Positions 14,945 through 16,241 of a stretch of 16,241 nucleotides of DNA are shown here, piece after piece. The stretch is from contig DASTLB010000022.1 in assembly GCA_035715365.1 (NCBI GenBank), positions 1-16,241 of the forward strand. The letters are read 5' to 3'. The notes beneath the pieces were generated by a model that saw nothing but the letters and a program-made list of their open reading frames with translations, had not been told where the DNA came from and did no database searches. The DNA is from Kofleriaceae bacterium (lineage in GTDB: Bacteria; Myxococcota_A; Polyangia; Haliangiales; Haliangiaceae). The position numbers and the translations under genes were made by a program. Within the stretch, counting starts at the first letter, position 1, and each line of letters begins with the position of its first letter.

Positions 14945-15652
14945 ATGAGCTACAACATCCGGTACGGACGCGGTACCGACGACCGGATCGATCTCGAGCG
15001 GATCGCGTCGGTGATCGCATCGTTCGAGCCCGATGTGGTCGCACTGCAGGAGGTCGACGTCCACCGCACGCGCAGCGGCGGGATCGACCAGGCCGCCGAG
15101 CTCGCGCAACGCCTCGGCCTGACCGCGACGTTCGCGCCCGCGATCGTCGAGGACGGCGACTCCCGCTACGGCAACGCGACGCTCACGCGACTTCCGGTGC
15201 TGAGCACCTACCAGCTCGCACTGCCGCACCGCGGTCACAACCGACGCTCGGAGCCGCGGTGCGCGCTCGTGACACGGCTGGCGTGGGACGGCGGCGAGCT
15301 CGACATGGTCAACACGCACCTGTCGATCTTCCCGAGCGAGCGCCCCGGCCAGGTCTCGACCCTGATGAGCGACCTCCACGGCGACGAGGTGATCATCGCC
15401 GGCGACTTCAACTGCACGCCGTGGTCGACCCCGTTCAAGACGCTGTGCTGCGGCCTCACGCCAGCGACGCGTCGCGCACGCACCTGGCCGTCGCGGCTGC
15501 CGTTCGTGCCGCTCGATCACATCCTGTTTCGCGGTCCGCTCGAGGTCGTGCGCTCCGGCTCGTGGGTCACCCCCGAGGCGCGGCGCGCGTCGGATCACCT
15601 GCCGGTGATCGCCGAGCTCGCGAAGCCCGAGGTCGTGCGAGGTGCCGCATGA
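14945..15652 (+). CDS. Endonuclease/exonuclease/phosphatase (EEP) family protein, YbhP-like.
   Basis: MSYNIRYG, VVALQEVD, IAGDFNCTP and SDHLPVIAEL are the canonical EEP catalytic blocks. An in-frame GTG at 14921 is an alternative start. The stop overlaps the next gene's ATG (ATGA). Confidence 0.8.
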   Translation: MSYNIRYGRGTDDRIDLERIASVIASFEPDVVALQEVDVHRTRSGGIDQAAELAQRLGLTATFAPAIVEDGDSRYGNATLTRLPVLSTYQLALPHRGHNRRSEPRCALVTRLAWDGGELDMVNTHLSIFPSERPGQVSTLMSDLHGDEVIIAGDFNCTPWSTPFKTLCCGLTPATRRARTWPSRLPFVPLDHILFRGPLEVVRSGSWVTPEARRASDHLPVIAELAKPEVVRGAA

Positions 15653-16241
15653 CGAAGCTGCTCGTTCCCGGCCTGACCTGCGGCAAGCTGATGACCGCGC
15701 CGCACTCCGGCCTGCTCGTCGACGGTCGCGACTTCTACAAGGCGGTGTACGACGCGTGCTGCAAGGCCGAGCGCACGATCATGATGGCCGGCTGGCAGTT
15801 CGAGACCGAGGTCGAGCTCGTGCGCGGCGAGGACGCCGACGGCTGCGAGCACCCGCCGCAGCTGATCCCGTTCCTGCGCTCGCTGTGCGAGCACAAGCCA
15901 GATCTCCAGGTCTACATCCTCGCGTGGGACGCGTCGCCGGTGTTCGTGTTCGAGCGCGAGCCGCTGCAGCGCTGGAAGTTCCGGCGCCACGGTCACGAGC
16001 GCATCCACTACAAGATGGACAACGCGCACCCGACCGGCGCGAGCCATCACCAGAAGATGATCATCGTCGATCGCGCGATCGCGTTCACCGGCGGCATGGA
16101 TGTCTGCAACTCGCGGTGGGACGACCGCGATCACGCCGCCGAGCAGCCGCTGCGCTGCTCGCGCAACAAGCCGTATCAGCCGTACCACGACGTCCAGGCG
16201 TTCGTGACCGGCGACGCGGTCGACGTGCTGCACGACTGGTT
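15649..16241 (+). CDS. Phospholipase D-family protein, cardiolipin synthase B (ClsB)-like. It is partial and continues past the window's right edge.
   Basis: The first HKD motif HHQKMIIVDRAIAFTGGMDV (HxKx4D…GG) is present. There is no N-terminal TM helix, as in ClsB. It follows an EEP gene with overlap, as in the E. coli ybhP–clsB arrangement. Confidence 0.75.
   Translation, partial: MTKLLVPGLTCGKLMTAPHSGLLVDGRDFYKAVYDACCKAERTIMMAGWQFETEVELVRGEDADGCEHPPQLIPFLRSLCEHKPDLQVYILAWDASPVFVFEREPLQRWKFRRHGHERIHYKMDNAHPTGASHHQKMIIVDRAIAFTGGMDVCNSRWDDRDHAAEQPLRCSRNKPYQPYHDVQAFVTGDAVDVLHDW

Noticed and set aside
13382-15652. 756-aa plus-strand ORF, together with 13221..14777 minus and 14819..15598 minus.
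   Set aside because: The long frame is Arg/Gly/Asp-rich junk until it enters the true EEP frame at about 14921. The C15 lipoprotein frame (13398..14870) has clear Pcp motifs instead.
15595-16233. 212-aa minus-strand ORF.
   Set aside because: It is antisense to the PLD/ClsB-like gene, which has a clear HKD motif and an overlapping start.
1-16241. Search for CRISPR arrays, tRNA/rRNA genes or an obvious defence island (ATPase/nuclease pairs).
   Set aside because: There are no regularly spaced direct repeats, no tRNA-like cloverleaf candidates in the short spacers, and no rRNA-like conserved stretches. EEP/PLD are the only nuclease-fold proteins, and their ClsB-like context argues for lipid metabolism rather than defence.

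Overview
This is a 16.2 kb window of very high-GC (~70%) DNA, most consistent with a Myxococcota (Sorangiineae/Polyangia-like) chromosome. It is densely coding on both strands with no rRNA, tRNA or CRISPR. All protein calls come from reading the six-frame translations for motifs; the track renders GTG starts as M, and no searches were run. Most products are envelope or secreted proteins. From the left edge: a partial HUH (Y1, IS200/RAYT-like) transposase; a secreted GDSL/SGNH hydrolase; an OmpA-family protein with thrombospondin type-3 repeats; a divergent cytoplasmic hypothetical protein coupled to a DUF481-like outer-membrane beta-barrel; two tandem, coupled small tail-anchored proteins, each with one Rho_N-like helix-extended-helix motif; an M1 (aminopeptidase N-like) lipoprotein; a SEC-C motif protein with an HExxH motif; a small Lys/Glu-rich Cys-containing lipoprotein; and a PhzF-family protein. 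A same-strand five-gene cluster follows: an outer-membrane barrel, a mono-haem PSCyt1-type cytochrome c lipoprotein, a lipoprotein with a pyroglutamyl-peptidase I (C15) domain, an endonuclease/exonuclease/phosphatase (EEP) protein, and a phospholipase D (PLD) / cardiolipin-synthase-like protein. The many long ORFs on opposite strands or in alternative frames in the track are high-GC shadow frames and are rejected. The candidates most worth follow-up are the exported C15-peptidase lipoprotein cluster ending in a ybhP–clsB-like EEP–PLD pair, the tandem tail-anchored Rho_N-like proteins, and the SEC-C/HExxH protein upstream of the M1 peptidase.
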